Of a DNA stretch of 64,000 bases, positions 1 through 10,013 are shown one piece after another. How positions within the stretch are numbered: the first letter of the stretch is position 1; each line of letters opens with the position of its first letter. Origin of the DNA: a virus. The translations under genes and the position numbers were made by a program. The stretch covers positions 46,098-110,097 of IMG/VR virus record IMGVR_UViG_3300039191_000589; one strand, 5' to 3'. Under the pieces are notes generated by a model. It was not told where the DNA came from. It did not search any database and was given only the letters and a program-made list of their open reading frames with translations.

Positions 1-663
1 ATAGAACATGATAAATTAGTTAACTTTTTTAAGAATTATTGTTTAGATATAGAAATTAAAGACGAATTAAATGATTATAAAAAGTCTGAATTTAATCCAC
101 CTAAATTAAATGGTGATCAATTAGTAGAAGAAAAAAATACTATGCAATCTCATTTATGTTGGGGGTTATTTGGGGCTCAACCTAATACTCAAGAATGTGT
201 TATAGGAGATGTTATTGTAACTTTATTAGGTGGTAATACATGTTCAAGGTTATATCAAATTATTCGTGAACAAAAAGGATTAGCTTATACTATTACAATG
301 GATAATGAAGAATTTAGTGATATTAGCATAATAAAAGGATATGTTGGTTTAAATAAAGAAAATATTAATGATGTAAAAAATATTATAAAAAAAGAAATGT
401 TTAAATTAAAAGATGAGTTAGTAACTGATGAAGAATTAGAACGGGCTAAATCATATATTGAAGGAAATTTAAAAATAGGATTAGAAACTCCATCAGCTCA
501 AAATGGTTTTCTTACTCAAGCTATAATAATTAATTCAGATATTGATATAGATAATTACTTTAATAAAATTAAATCAGTAACTAAAGAAGATATTATGGAT
601 TTTGCAAGAAAATATTTTAATAAAGATAATATTACATTTTCTCAAGTAATATCTAAAGATTAG
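1..663 (+). CDS. M16 (insulinase) family zinc peptidase, C-terminal part (5' end outside window)
   Basis: Frame open from base 1; motif SRLYQIIREQKGLAY, EELERAK and IKSVTKEDIMDFARKYF typical of Peptidase_M16_C. Confidence 0.88.
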   Translation: MEHDKLVNFFKNYCLDIEIKDELNDYKKSEFNPPKLNGDQLVEEKNTMQSHLCWGLFGAQPNTQECVIGDVIVTLLGGNTCSRLYQIIREQKGLAYTITMDNEEFSDISIIKGYVGLNKENINDVKNIIKKEMFKLKDELVTDEELERAKSYIEGNLKIGLETPSAQNGFLTQAIIINSDIDIDNYFNKIKSVTKEDIMDFARKYFNKDNITFSQVISKD

Positions 664-674
664 GAGGGTAAACA

Positions 675-1265
675 TTGGCAATAGAAGATTTAGATATAGA
701 AGAAATTTTTGATAGAGAGGTACCTTTTGAGCAAGATTATCAGGATGCAAAAGAAAATAATAATGTAATTTGGGATAAATATCAAGATAAAATTTTTAAT
801 ACAATAAATGGATTATCATATTGGAAGAATTTTGATAAAGATGAATTAATTCAACAATCATATTTGTATTTTTCAGAATTATGTAATAGATATAATCCTT
901 ATTATGCAGGTAACTTTATTCCTTTTAATAAATATTTATTTAAAAATATAATAATTAAATTAAGAGCTTTTATTCAAAGATATTATTTTAAAAGAAAGCG
1001 TGAACAGCCTACTGAAATATCAGACTATATGTTTAATTATATGAATAATAATGATGTATCTAAAAGTGATTTAAAAATACATGTTGAATATTTATATTCT
1101 TTAATTACAAATAGACAAAAACAAATTTTAGAACTTTCATTAAAAGGATATAAACAACAAGAAATTGGTGAGATATTAGATATTTCTCAAAGTAGAGTTT
1201 CAGTTATAAAAAAGAAAACTCTACAAAAATTACAAAAAGTTATGGAAAAAAGAAAAGAAAAATAA
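675..1265 (+). CDS. Phage sigma-70 family RNA polymerase sigma factor
   Basis: RBS GGAGGG; region-2-like DELIQQSYLYF; region 4 HTH RQKQILEL...YKQQEIGEILDISQSRVSVIKKKTLQKL. Confidence 0.85.
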   Translation: MAIEDLDIEEIFDREVPFEQDYQDAKENNNVIWDKYQDKIFNTINGLSYWKNFDKDELIQQSYLYFSELCNRYNPYYAGNFIPFNKYLFKNIIIKLRAFIQRYYFKRKREQPTEISDYMFNYMNNNDVSKSDLKIHVEYLYSLITNRQKQILELSLKGYKQQEIGEILDISQSRVSVIKKKTLQKLQKVMEKRKEK

Positions 1266-1272
1266 TGTTAAT

Positions 1273-1314
1273 TAAAGACCATTAAGAAATGTTTCTTGGT
1301 GGTCTTTATGTTTT
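1273..1314 (+). terminator. Intrinsic terminator
   Basis: TAAAGACCATTAAGAAA / TTTCTTGGTGGTCTTTA stem then T-rich tail. Confidence 0.7.
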
Positions 1315-1484
1315 ATATAGTAATTTTGTATATTTTTTTTAAAAAAGCCATTGAATTATAATAATATAATAATGATTATAATATATTATAAGGTTCAATA
1401 TATTTATTAAATGAAATAATAAGCTATTCTTGGGGGATATTATAAAAATAAGGTTATAATTTTATAAGAGGTGATTATATTATA

Positions 1485-1586
1485 ATGGAAAATAAGAATA
1501 AATGTCAATATTGTGATACTGAAAATAAAAGTCATAAAATTTATTGTTCATATTGTAAAGGTAATTTATATAATAAAAATAATTAA
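1485..1586 (+). CDS. 33-aa zinc-ribbon protein (not in ORF track)
   Basis: RBS AGAGGTG; MENKNKCQYCDTENKSHKIYCSYCKGNLYNKNN with two CxxC. Confidence 0.65.
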   Translation: MENKNKCQYCDTENKSHKIYCSYCKGNLYNKNN

Positions 1587-1652
1587 AAAATAATTTAGTT
1601 TTAATATAATTTATTATAATATCCCTCAAAAAATAAGAAAGGAGGATTAATA

Positions 1653-2441
1653 ATGGCTAAGATTACTAGATCAAATGATTATAGTGGATTAGATAATAAA
1701 ACATTTAATAAGTTAGCTAAACAAATTAACAATATTAATGAAGAAAATTTAGTTGATATTGTAGAAAATGAAAAAGAGGCTAAAATATTAAAAAAAGAAT
1801 TAAGTCTTGAAGGGTATAATACTAAAATTAAACCTCATAATAATAAGTTTAAAGTTATAGCTGTAAAAAATAATGATCAAATTAAAATTGATTATCGAAA
1901 AGCTAAACAAAGTAATTGTTTTGAAAAAGTTGCTTGGGGAAGGTATTGTTTTCAAAGAAAAAATAATAATAATGATTTTAGTGATTATAATTTTGATGAT
2001 GGTTCAATTTGGAAAGTTGAAGAGGACGAGGAGGATAATAAATATTTAGTTAAAGAGCTTAATAATGATGGTGATATTATAAGAGCAGCCGATAATAATA
2101 TAAAATCAGTAGTAAATAAAGATAATTTAAAAAATGTATTATCTTTATTATATGATATTGATAATATTAATAATACTTTAGTAAAAGATTTATTAAATAA
2201 TATAGGAGATCAATTTTATTCTATGTTAAATAATAAAATATCATCATTAATTGATAATCAATTAGAAAAAAATTATAATATTGAATCTAATGCAATAAAA
2301 AATAATGTTAAAGGATTAATTACACAAGCAATTAATAAAAAAGAAATTAAAAATAAAAAACATTTTCAACAATTTATTAATAAATCAGTTGAAAATCAAG
2401 AATCATTAACTAATAAGCCTAATAAAATATTTAATCAATAA
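1653..2441 (+). CDS. Hypothetical protein, probably virion head-associated
   Basis: RBS AGGAGG; long ORF; lies in head gene block. Confidence 0.7.
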   Translation: MAKITRSNDYSGLDNKTFNKLAKQINNINEENLVDIVENEKEAKILKKELSLEGYNTKIKPHNNKFKVIAVKNNDQIKIDYRKAKQSNCFEKVAWGRYCFQRKNNNNDFSDYNFDDGSIWKVEEDEEDNKYLVKELNNDGDIIRAADNNIKSVVNKDNLKNVLSLLYDIDNINNTLVKDLLNNIGDQFYSMLNNKISSLIDNQLEKNYNIESNAIKNNVKGLITQAINKKEIKNKKHFQQFINKSVENQESLTNKPNKIFNQ

Positions 2442-2455
2442 GAGGGGGTTTATAA

Positions 2456-3397
2456 ATGACTAGTAAGAATTCTGATGTTTTATATGATAATAGAAAGAAT
2501 GTTAGTGAAGATCCAGCATATGATTATAGGAAAAATTTAAATTGGAGAATTGATGGTGGCCCTCATAATGATGAAATTGAGGATCCAGGAATTAATGAGT
2601 TTTATAAAGGTTACCAAATTAACCCTTATGAATTTAGACGGTGGGCTAATAAAAATTTATCAAAAAAACAACTAGAAAAATTATCAGCCCAAGAAGTAAT
2701 GCCAATGAAATTTACTACTGATTATTTAGCTGATAAAATTTTAACTTTATGGAATGGAGTCGATGGACCTTTACAATATTTCTTTGATGGGTTTACATTA
2801 AAATATGATAATAAATTAAAACAAGATATAGCTAAAAAATTAGAACAAAAAGGGTATAAAATATATCCAACCTTAACTGATGATCAACCAAATGATATAA
2901 GATCAAGAAATGGAGAACATCGCCAAGTATATAAAGAAGTAATGTCTTCTAACAATGTTGATAATATATTAAAATATGCCAAATGTGTTTCTCAACATTG
3001 TCAAGCGGTTAATTTATTAGAAGGAGAAATTAATGATTTAAAAGAAGCTGGAAATGAAATTGAAAAATCAGATGCAAGTGGATTAGCTGAATATTATAAA
3101 AATATATTTCCAGAAGATTATGCAGTTTCTTTAGTTAATATTATGTTAGATGATTCTTTAGATGGTGCTTCAATTAATGATGAAAGCTTAGATATTAGTT
3201 ATCCCCATGATCAATATCAACACATGTCAGAAGAATCACAAAAACAAATTGAAGATTATATGTCTGGAAATGCTGACCCTTATTATAATAAAGATGGTGG
3301 CGGAGAGTTTGGGTATAATTTTGTTACAGATATGAGAAATGATACAACACGCCCTACTCAGTATGAAACTAAAGTTAGTAATAAAAAAAAAGGTTAA
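2456..3397 (+). CDS. Hypothetical acidic protein; probably continues into 3385-3801 via a -1 shift at an A9 run
   Basis: RBS GAGGGG; A9 at 3383-3391 just before the stop. Confidence 0.7.
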   Translation: MTSKNSDVLYDNRKNVSEDPAYDYRKNLNWRIDGGPHNDEIEDPGINEFYKGYQINPYEFRRWANKNLSKKQLEKLSAQEVMPMKFTTDYLADKILTLWNGVDGPLQYFFDGFTLKYDNKLKQDIAKKLEQKGYKIYPTLTDDQPNDIRSRNGEHRQVYKEVMSSNNVDNILKYAKCVSQHCQAVNLLEGEINDLKEAGNEIEKSDASGLAEYYKNIFPEDYAVSLVNIMLDDSLDGASINDESLDISYPHDQYQHMSEESQKQIEDYMSGNADPYYNKDGGGEFGYNFVTDMRNDTTRPTQYETKVSNKKKG

Positions 3398-3801
3398 TAA
3401 AAAAATCTAATGAAATTGAAAATATCCCTTTATATGAAGTAATGAATGCTATTTCACAAGCTAGTAAAAATGTTTCAGGTTTATTAGGAGAAAAATTAGT
3501 TCAACCTCCAGTATTGGTAGATACTATACGAGAACAAGAATTTAGTAATATACAAGAAGATAATTCTAGTTTTGAAAATGTAGTAGATACAATTAATGTA
3601 GTTCGGGTTCATGAAATTTGGGAGGTTTATTTAGGCGATATTGATGATAAAAAAGATATAGAAACTATTTTTATAGTCATTTCAGGAGACAATAAAATTA
3701 AGCAAAAATATGAAAAAGGAGATTGGAATAATATTGAATATCAAGGTTTTTATTCTACCCTTGAAGAAGCTAAAAATAATATTAAAGGTTATTTAGACTA
3801 A
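3385..3801 (+). CDS. Hypothetical ORF, likely C-terminal part of the 2456 gene
   Basis: Frame open from 3385 (KKRLIKKSNEIENIPLYEVMNA...); no RBS before ATG 3442. Confidence 0.55.
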   Translation, partial: KKRLIKKSNEIENIPLYEVMNAISQASKNVSGLLGEKLVQPPVLVDTIREQEFSNIQEDNSSFENVVDTINVVRVHEIWEVYLGDIDDKKDIETIFIVISGDNKIKQKYEKGDWNNIEYQGFYSTLEEAKNNIKGYLD

Positions 3802-3822
3802 TACAAATAGGAGTGAAATAAT

Positions 3823-6800
3823 ATGAGTGAAAAATTTTCTACAACTAGTTCATTGTTATTTAAAGAGAATAATAATAATAATGATAATTTACCTGATTGG
3901 ATGAAAGATCTTGATATAGATTTACAAAAACAAGCTAATAAAAATAAAAATATACCAGATTTACCAACTAAAGAAGAAGGAGTTTTTGCTTCTGAAAAAC
4001 AAAAAATTAATAGAGATAGCAAAAATGGAACTCCTCGACAAATGGAGGCATCATTAAGTAATGGTAGAATGGTAACAGGAGCTAAAATTAATTTAGCTAC
4101 ATTTTTATCAGGTAAATATTATAAAGTACAACCTGATATAAATGGTAATCAAATTCATTTAAAAACAAAAATTGAAGAAATTCCTGCTAAATTTAATTTT
4201 AAATTTACTGCAAGTAGTGGAAAAATAAAAAAAGCACAAACTTTCTCTGTGTTTTTTAATAATGAAACCGCTGAGTATCCTTTTAGTAAAGCTGGTTTTG
4301 ATGAATGTATTGATGATATTAATAATGAAGACATTAAAAGTGTTGAAGGTGAAGTTGGAGAAGGGGTTAATAAAACCTATCTTATTAGTAAAGAAGAAAT
4401 TGTAAGACGATTTAATGGGGAATTAAGAAAAGCTACTGATAAAATTAATGAATTATTAGAAAATGATATGATTGTTGGGGTAGGAAGTAATACTTTTGCT
4501 TCTTTATATAATGTAGATCAATTATTTCCTAATGAACCTAAAGAAAAACCTCAACAAAAAGAAGGTTCTTTTGATTTTGCACCAAATAGAGAACATGTTG
4601 CAGCTAAACCTCATAAAACTGCTAATGTATTATCAATTGAAGCTAGTAAAATGTTATCTAATTTCTTTTCTGATTTTGCTATTAAAAATCATTTTCGAGA
4701 AGGAAAAGAATTATTTATTGAAGCTAGTGTTTTAAGTAATAATGGAGTAAAAAGAACATGTAATTTTTGTTTTGGTATTGATAATGAAAAAGTAAAATCA
4801 TTAAAAGTAGCTGAATTAAATGGTGAAAGAATGACTGTGGAACAATTATTAAGTAAATTAAATATTAATAATAGTGTTTTAGATAAATACCTTACTAAAA
4901 ATAATAGTAATTCTAAAAGAATTTATCAAGGACGTGTATTAACAGCTCGAAGAATTAAAAATAAATTATTAGGAATTGTAAAAAAACAAAATATAAAAGA
5001 TATTATTCATAATTGGACAGATCGTGATTTAATTACTAAAATTAATAGCACAACATATACTACTCAACATAGTTTTGAAGAATTATTAGCTAATATTGAA
5101 GTTGATACATTATCAAATAAAGAACAACAAGAAATAAAGGCATATAAAAAGAAATTTGGTGAAGGTTTAGATATGAATAGAAATGATGTTGAAGATACTG
5201 GGGTAAGAGATTATGATCAAGTTAAACCTTCACGAGAATTAAGATTAGCTAATTTAAAGCAATTTTTATCAACTAAATTTAAAAACTTTAAAATTGAAAA
5301 CTTTATTAATGATAATGGTATAAAAGAAGCTAAAATAATTATTAAACAAGGATATAAATTAGATACTTGTGAAGCTGATTTATATTTTATTAATCCTGAA
5401 AATGGAGTAAAAAATAAAGTAAAAGCAAAAGCATATTTTTATAAAAATCATATTGATAATGTTTTAGTTCAATTAGGTAATAAACAAGTTTCTATTGATA
5501 AAGCTAGAACATTATTTAAACAAAGTGAATTATTATCTAACTATTTAGAAGATAATTCTATTAATAAAACAGCTGGATCAATTATTATTACTGAAAATAA
5601 AATTAAAGATAAACTATCTAATTATGTTAATAATGAAGAAATTGATAATATTATTAATGAATGGTATAATGAAGGTTATATTAAAGAAATTAATTCTGGA
5701 ATATATGCTTCAAATTATTCTTTTGAAAACTTATTAAATAAAACTGAAGCTCAATTATTATCAAATAAAGATAGAACAGAAATAAAATTAGCTAAACAAT
5801 ATTTTGGGGAACAAATTAAAATTGGTCGTAAAGAAATTGATGATACTGGCGTAAGAGAAGCTAATGAAAAATTATCAAATGTTAATGTATTAAATAAGGT
5901 TAATAAGTTTTTATCAAAACATTTTGATAATTTTAAACCTCAAGATTTTGAAGTTAATGGAGAAAATGTAACTTACACAATTAATTTATTTGATGAAGAA
6001 ACTGGATTATCAACTAATATTGATTTTGATTTTATTATTAATGATAATGAAATAACTAATTGTTTAGCCAATTTAAATGGTGAACAAATTAAAATTAATA
6101 ATATTAAAAGAGCATTTTCAACAAATGAAATTTTAAATAAATATTTAAATCAAAACAATAATAAAAAGACAAACGCACCAATGATTATTACAACTAAACA
6201 ATTACAGGGTAAATTAAATAAAATTGCTAATATACCATTGCAAGAAATTAAACAAATGGTTAATAAATGGCATAAAACAGGAAAAATTAAAAAAATGGGA
6301 TCCAATGTTTTTGCAAGTAATTATACCTTAGAGCAATTATTATCAATGTCTAATATTAGACCATTATCTGATAAAGAAATTGCTCAGAGGATTAATAAGA
6401 GTAAAAGAGATCGCGGTTTAGAAGTTAATGCTCAGCATATTAATGATCAAGATACAAGACAACCTATTGAACAATGGTCATCTCAAAGAATGGTAACTCA
6501 TGCTAAATCTGAATTAAATAAAATCTTTGAAGATTATAACATATTAGATGCAAAAGTTAATAATGATTCTTATGTTATTACTGCTCGTGTTGTTAATCCT
6601 AATAATGGAATAAATCAAAAATTATATTGTAAATTAAAAGTTTTAGGTGATAAATTAGGAAAATTAATAGCAATTAGTGATGGTAAAAATACTGTTAGTC
6701 CAGATCAATTAAGTAAATTAGATGTTTCTAATGAAGCTTTAAGAGAATTTAATAACATTAATAAAGCTACTAAGCGAAACTATAAAAATGTTATTTCTAA

Positions 6801-7266
6801 AAGAAAATTAAATAATAAATTAATGGCTGTTATAGATAACAATAAAATTAATGATATAGTTAAACATTTAGTTAAAAATTCTGTTTTAAAGCCTCTTAAT
6901 ACTAATAAATTTGCATCTGATTATTCTTTAAATGAGATTGTAGCTTATTTAGATAAATCTAGCAAAACTAATTTAAATGCCGGTAAAAAACAACAACAAT
7001 ACGCTCAAAGAGATGAAAGCAAATTAAAAATAGATTATCGTGTAAATAAAGATGATAATTCAAGACAAATTGAATCTAAAGAGGAAAAATTACATTCTAA
7101 TATGATTAAAGTTTGTAGTAAAATTAAAAATAAAGCTAAAGAAGCCTGTAAAAAGAAAATTATTACTAAAAATAAATTAGAACAATTAGAATTACAATTA
7201 GATAATGCTAAAAACAAAAAAGACATTGATAAAGTTTGGAAAGAATTAAAAAGATATTTTAAATAA
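3823..7266 (+). CDS. Large protein with five tandem ~210-aa repeats
   Basis: RBS AGGAG; recurring FLSxxFxNF, I/L-x-x-x-x-S-x-x-Y/F-AS-x-Y-S and DTGVR motifs. Confidence 0.8.
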   Translation: MSEKFSTTSSLLFKENNNNNDNLPDWMKDLDIDLQKQANKNKNIPDLPTKEEGVFASEKQKINRDSKNGTPRQMEASLSNGRMVTGAKINLATFLSGKYYKVQPDINGNQIHLKTKIEEIPAKFNFKFTASSGKIKKAQTFSVFFNNETAEYPFSKAGFDECIDDINNEDIKSVEGEVGEGVNKTYLISKEEIVRRFNGELRKATDKINELLENDMIVGVGSNTFASLYNVDQLFPNEPKEKPQQKEGSFDFAPNREHVAAKPHKTANVLSIEASKMLSNFFSDFAIKNHFREGKELFIEASVLSNNGVKRTCNFCFGIDNEKVKSLKVAELNGERMTVEQLLSKLNINNSVLDKYLTKNNSNSKRIYQGRVLTARRIKNKLLGIVKKQNIKDIIHNWTDRDLITKINSTTYTTQHSFEELLANIEVDTLSNKEQQEIKAYKKKFGEGLDMNRNDVEDTGVRDYDQVKPSRELRLANLKQFLSTKFKNFKIENFINDNGIKEAKIIIKQGYKLDTCEADLYFINPENGVKNKVKAKAYFYKNHIDNVLVQLGNKQVSIDKARTLFKQSELLSNYLEDNSINKTAGSIIITENKIKDKLSNYVNNEEIDNIINEWYNEGYIKEINSGIYASNYSFENLLNKTEAQLLSNKDRTEIKLAKQYFGEQIKIGRKEIDDTGVREANEKLSNVNVLNKVNKFLSKHFDNFKPQDFEVNGENVTYTINLFDEETGLSTNIDFDFIINDNEITNCLANLNGEQIKINNIKRAFSTNEILNKYLNQNNNKKTNAPMIITTKQLQGKLNKIANIPLQEIKQMVNKWHKTGKIKKMGSNVFASNYTLEQLLSMSNIRPLSDKEIAQRINKSKRDRGLEVNAQHINDQDTRQPIEQWSSQRMVTHAKSELNKIFEDYNILDAKVNNDSYVITARVVNPNNGINQKLYCKLKVLGDKLGKLIAISDGKNTVSPDQLSKLDVSNEALREFNNINKATKRNYKNVISKRKLNNKLMAVIDNNKINDIVKHLVKNSVLKPLNTNKFASDYSLNEIVAYLDKSSKTNLNAGKKQQQYAQRDESKLKIDYRVNKDDNSRQIESKEEKLHSNMIKVCSKIKNKAKEACKKKIITKNKLEQLELQLDNAKNKKDIDKVWKELKRYFK

Positions 7267-7283
7267 TAAAGGGGTTGATTTTA

Positions 7284-7673
7284 TTGAGTAAAGATGATTT
7301 TAAAATTAAACAACCTAAATTGATGGGTTCTTCTAATGAACAACATGCTAATCCTTCTGGAGTAGATTATGATGATTTAGCTAGTGCATTAGGGGTATGT
7401 GAAGAAGATGATAGTGGTAATAATGATGAAGAAGATGAAGAAAATATAAATAAAAAAGAAACAAAAGGTGAAGTAAAAGATTTAAGAAAAAATAGTAATA
7501 GATATTATATGAAAACAGATTTAAAAAATAATGATGAAAATGATGATGAAGAAGAAGATAATAAAACAACTTTATTACAACCAGGAGTAGAAATGAGTTT
7601 TAGCACGGATAATTTTTCAAGAAGACCTGAACATTCATCACCATATACTCAAGGTCCTACTTGGAGTGATTAA
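7284..7673 (+). CDS. Hypothetical acidic protein
   Basis: RBS AAAGGGG with TTG at 7284 better spaced than 7275. Confidence 0.65.
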   Translation: MSKDDFKIKQPKLMGSSNEQHANPSGVDYDDLASALGVCEEDDSGNNDEEDEENINKKETKGEVKDLRKNSNRYYMKTDLKNNDENDDEEEDNKTTLLQPGVEMSFSTDNFSRRPEHSSPYTQGPTWSD

Positions 7674-7687
7674 TAAGGGGTGATATA

Positions 7688-8092
7688 ATGAAAAGTAGAT
7701 TAAAAAGAAATCACATAAAAAATCGTATAATGAATAAAACTGCTGCTTCAAAAGCATATATAGATCTTCACTCTATTGTATTACAAAGTGGGGATTATAT
7801 TGCTTTTGAGGCAAGAATTACTAATAATGAACCTTGGTTTAATATACGTCATGAAACACAATATAGTTCAAGTTCATTTTATAATGGAAATGATTTTGAT
7901 AGAGCATGTGAAGTATATGGTGAAATATTAATAGCTTTTAAGGGAACTGTTGGCACTGAAGAAATGAAAGAAATTAGAAATAATATTGAACAAGAAATTG
8001 AAATTTTAATGGAAGATCATAAATTAATTAATAGAGACAATCATAATCAGCTTAATAAAAACCCTTATTTTTTAGGAATAAATAATTTTTAG
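7688..8092 (+). CDS. Hypothetical protein with basic N-terminal tag (MKSRLKR)
   Basis: RBS AAGGGGTG; ORF. Confidence 0.7.
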   Translation: MKSRLKRNHIKNRIMNKTAASKAYIDLHSIVLQSGDYIAFEARITNNEPWFNIRHETQYSSSSFYNGNDFDRACEVYGEILIAFKGTVGTEEMKEIRNNIEQEIEILMEDHKLINRDNHNQLNKNPYFLGINNF

Positions 8093-8104
8093 GAGGGTCA
8101 TATA

Positions 8105-8335
8105 GTGAAATCAAGATTACGTAAAAATAATAGTAAATTAAAGAAAAATAAAAAAGTAGCTTTAGAAATTACTGGTCCTGTTGGTCTTATTTTTCCTGAT
8201 TTTCAAGATAAAGTTGATAATAAAGATGAAATTAAAGATAGAACCTATGGTCCTTCTTTTGAACATGAATGGTCGTTTGAAGATCCTATTAAAGATCCAG
8301 AATGGAATATGATTGAACAATATTATGGAGAATAA
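8105..8335 (+). CDS. Hypothetical protein with basic N-terminal tag (MKSRLRK)
   Basis: RBS AGGAGGG, GTG start. Confidence 0.7.
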   Translation: MKSRLRKNNSKLKKNKKVALEITGPVGLIFPDFQDKVDNKDEIKDRTYGPSFEHEWSFEDPIKDPEWNMIEQYYGE

Positions 8336-8411
8336 AATATAAAAATATTATAAAACATTATTTTATTTTTATATTCTATATGAAAAGAAAAAACGAAATG
8401 GAGGGTTTAAT

Positions 8412-9728
8412 GTGCAAGTTTCTAATAATAAAGAATTACCTAAATGGTTAAATAACTTCGTTGATGCTTTTGAAGATGGCGATAATGAAACTAAGGTTGC
8501 TAAAGGTGATAATAGAGAAGATAATAATATTGAGGATAAAAATAATCAAGATAGTCAACAAGAAAAATATAGTGAGGTCAATATTGATGATTTAGATGAG
8601 GTTGTATGGAAAGATGAAACTTTTTATGTTATGTTTGATGGTGATGTTGCTACAATACTTAATAAATTTGGTAATACTGTAACAACTCTTCAAGGTACTT
8701 CAACAATAGAGGAGGTTAATGAAGAATTAAATGGTAAAGAAGTAGTAACTTCTAAAGAAAATAATCCTTTTGAAGAAGAAATTGAAAAAGTTTCTCCTTA
8801 TCGTGAAGAAATTGAAGGGTTTGATGAACAACAACCTAATAACAACAATAATAATCAAATGACTAACCAACAACCTAATAACAACAATAATAATCAACAA
8901 CAACAGCCTAATAATAACAATAATAACCAACAACCTAATAATAACAATAATAATCAACAACCTACAGGATTTGATGGTCAACCAGTTCAACAAGCTGAAA
9001 AAATAATTGCTAAGCAAAATGAAAAATTTGAAAAGCAAAGTGAAAAAATTAAACAAAAAGATAAAGAAATTAAAAAATTAAATGAAAAAGTTGCTAACTT
9101 ACAAAATGATTTATCAGATTTAAAGAAAACAATTGAAGCATTAATTCCTCAAGATTATGCTCGTAATAATCCTGGAAATATTTTTGATATAGATTCAGGA
9201 CAATTTGATAAACAACGAAAAGAAGAAGGGGAAGAAGTAGAAAAAACATTAAGAGATATAGAGCAAGAAGTTGATCTTACCACTCCTGAAGGTAGAGCTG
9301 ATTTCGTTGATAAAGTAGATAAAGATGTTAGAAAGAAAGATACTGAAAAAGAGGATTATAATGATTATAAAGATATTGAAGATGCTGAAATTAATTTTAA
9401 TGATATTGATTTAGAAGATGATAATTCAAGAACATTACAAGAAAATGATGATGTTGATAATGAAGTTGATATAGATATTGATTCATTGGATGAAGGAGAA
9501 GAAGTTGTTTTAGATAAAACAGCTAATAAAAAAATGCAAATTGAAAGATTATCAAATAAGAAAAAAATTAAGTTATTTAATAATAATATTTGTCCTAATT
9601 GTGATAGTGAAGAAGAAACCTTGACTAAGCATAATTCAACTGGTAATTTTGAAGGTAAATATTGTGAAGGTTGTGGTTCAGAATTTGCTATTAATACCAA
9701 AACTAATGAAGTTTATTGTAAACAATAA
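8412..9728 (+). CDS. Acidic protein with Q/N repeat, coiled coil and C-terminal zinc ribbon; paralogue of 44180
   Basis: RBS GGAGGG; CPNC...CEGC; QDYARNNPG shared with 44180. Confidence 0.75.
   Translation: MQVSNNKELPKWLNNFVDAFEDGDNETKVAKGDNREDNNIEDKNNQDSQQEKYSEVNIDDLDEVVWKDETFYVMFDGDVATILNKFGNTVTTLQGTSTIEEVNEELNGKEVVTSKENNPFEEEIEKVSPYREEIEGFDEQQPNNNNNNQMTNQQPNNNNNNQQQQPNNNNNNQQPNNNNNNQQPTGFDGQPVQQAEKIIAKQNEKFEKQSEKIKQKDKEIKKLNEKVANLQNDLSDLKKTIEALIPQDYARNNPGNIFDIDSGQFDKQRKEEGEEVEKTLRDIEQEVDLTTPEGRADFVDKVDKDVRKKDTEKEDYNDYKDIEDAEINFNDIDLEDDNSRTLQENDDVDNEVDIDIDSLDEGEEVVLDKTANKKMQIERLSNKKKIKLFNNNICPNCDSEEETLTKHNSTGNFEGKYCEGCGSEFAINTKTNEVYCKQ
8829..8963 (+). repeat. In-frame tandem repeat encoding QQPNNNNNN x4
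   Basis: caacaacctaat(aac/aat)n units. Confidence 0.9.
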
Positions 9729-9743
9729 AAGGAGGTTATTTAA

Positions 9744-10013
9744 ATGGAAGATTTAAGAAATAATGATACAAACCCTTTAAAGGGGAGTTTTGTTACAGCT
9801 GGTTATAGTGTTGAAGAAGAAAAGGTTAAGGAAATGTTAACTTTTATGGGTGTAGACCCTGATGAAGAAATAATTGCTGATGCTATAGGATATTTAAGTT
9901 CAAATAGTATGGAAATAGATATGAATAATTTACATCAATTTTTACAGACTAAACAAATAATGAGTTCTAAACATACTAATAAAGTTCATGATTTTAGAAA
10001 AAAAAACAAATAA
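9744..10013 (+). CDS. Hypothetical protein; probably continues to 10282 via a -1 shift at an A9 run
   Basis: RBS AGGAGG; A9 at 9998-10006. Confidence 0.7.
   Translation: MEDLRNNDTNPLKGSFVTAGYSVEEEKVKEMLTFMGVDPDEEIIADAIGYLSSNSMEIDMNNLHQFLQTKQIMSSKHTNKVHDFRKKNK

Noticed and set aside
8829-8963. Possible CRISPR array
   Set aside because: In-frame coding repeat with no unique spacers and no cas genes
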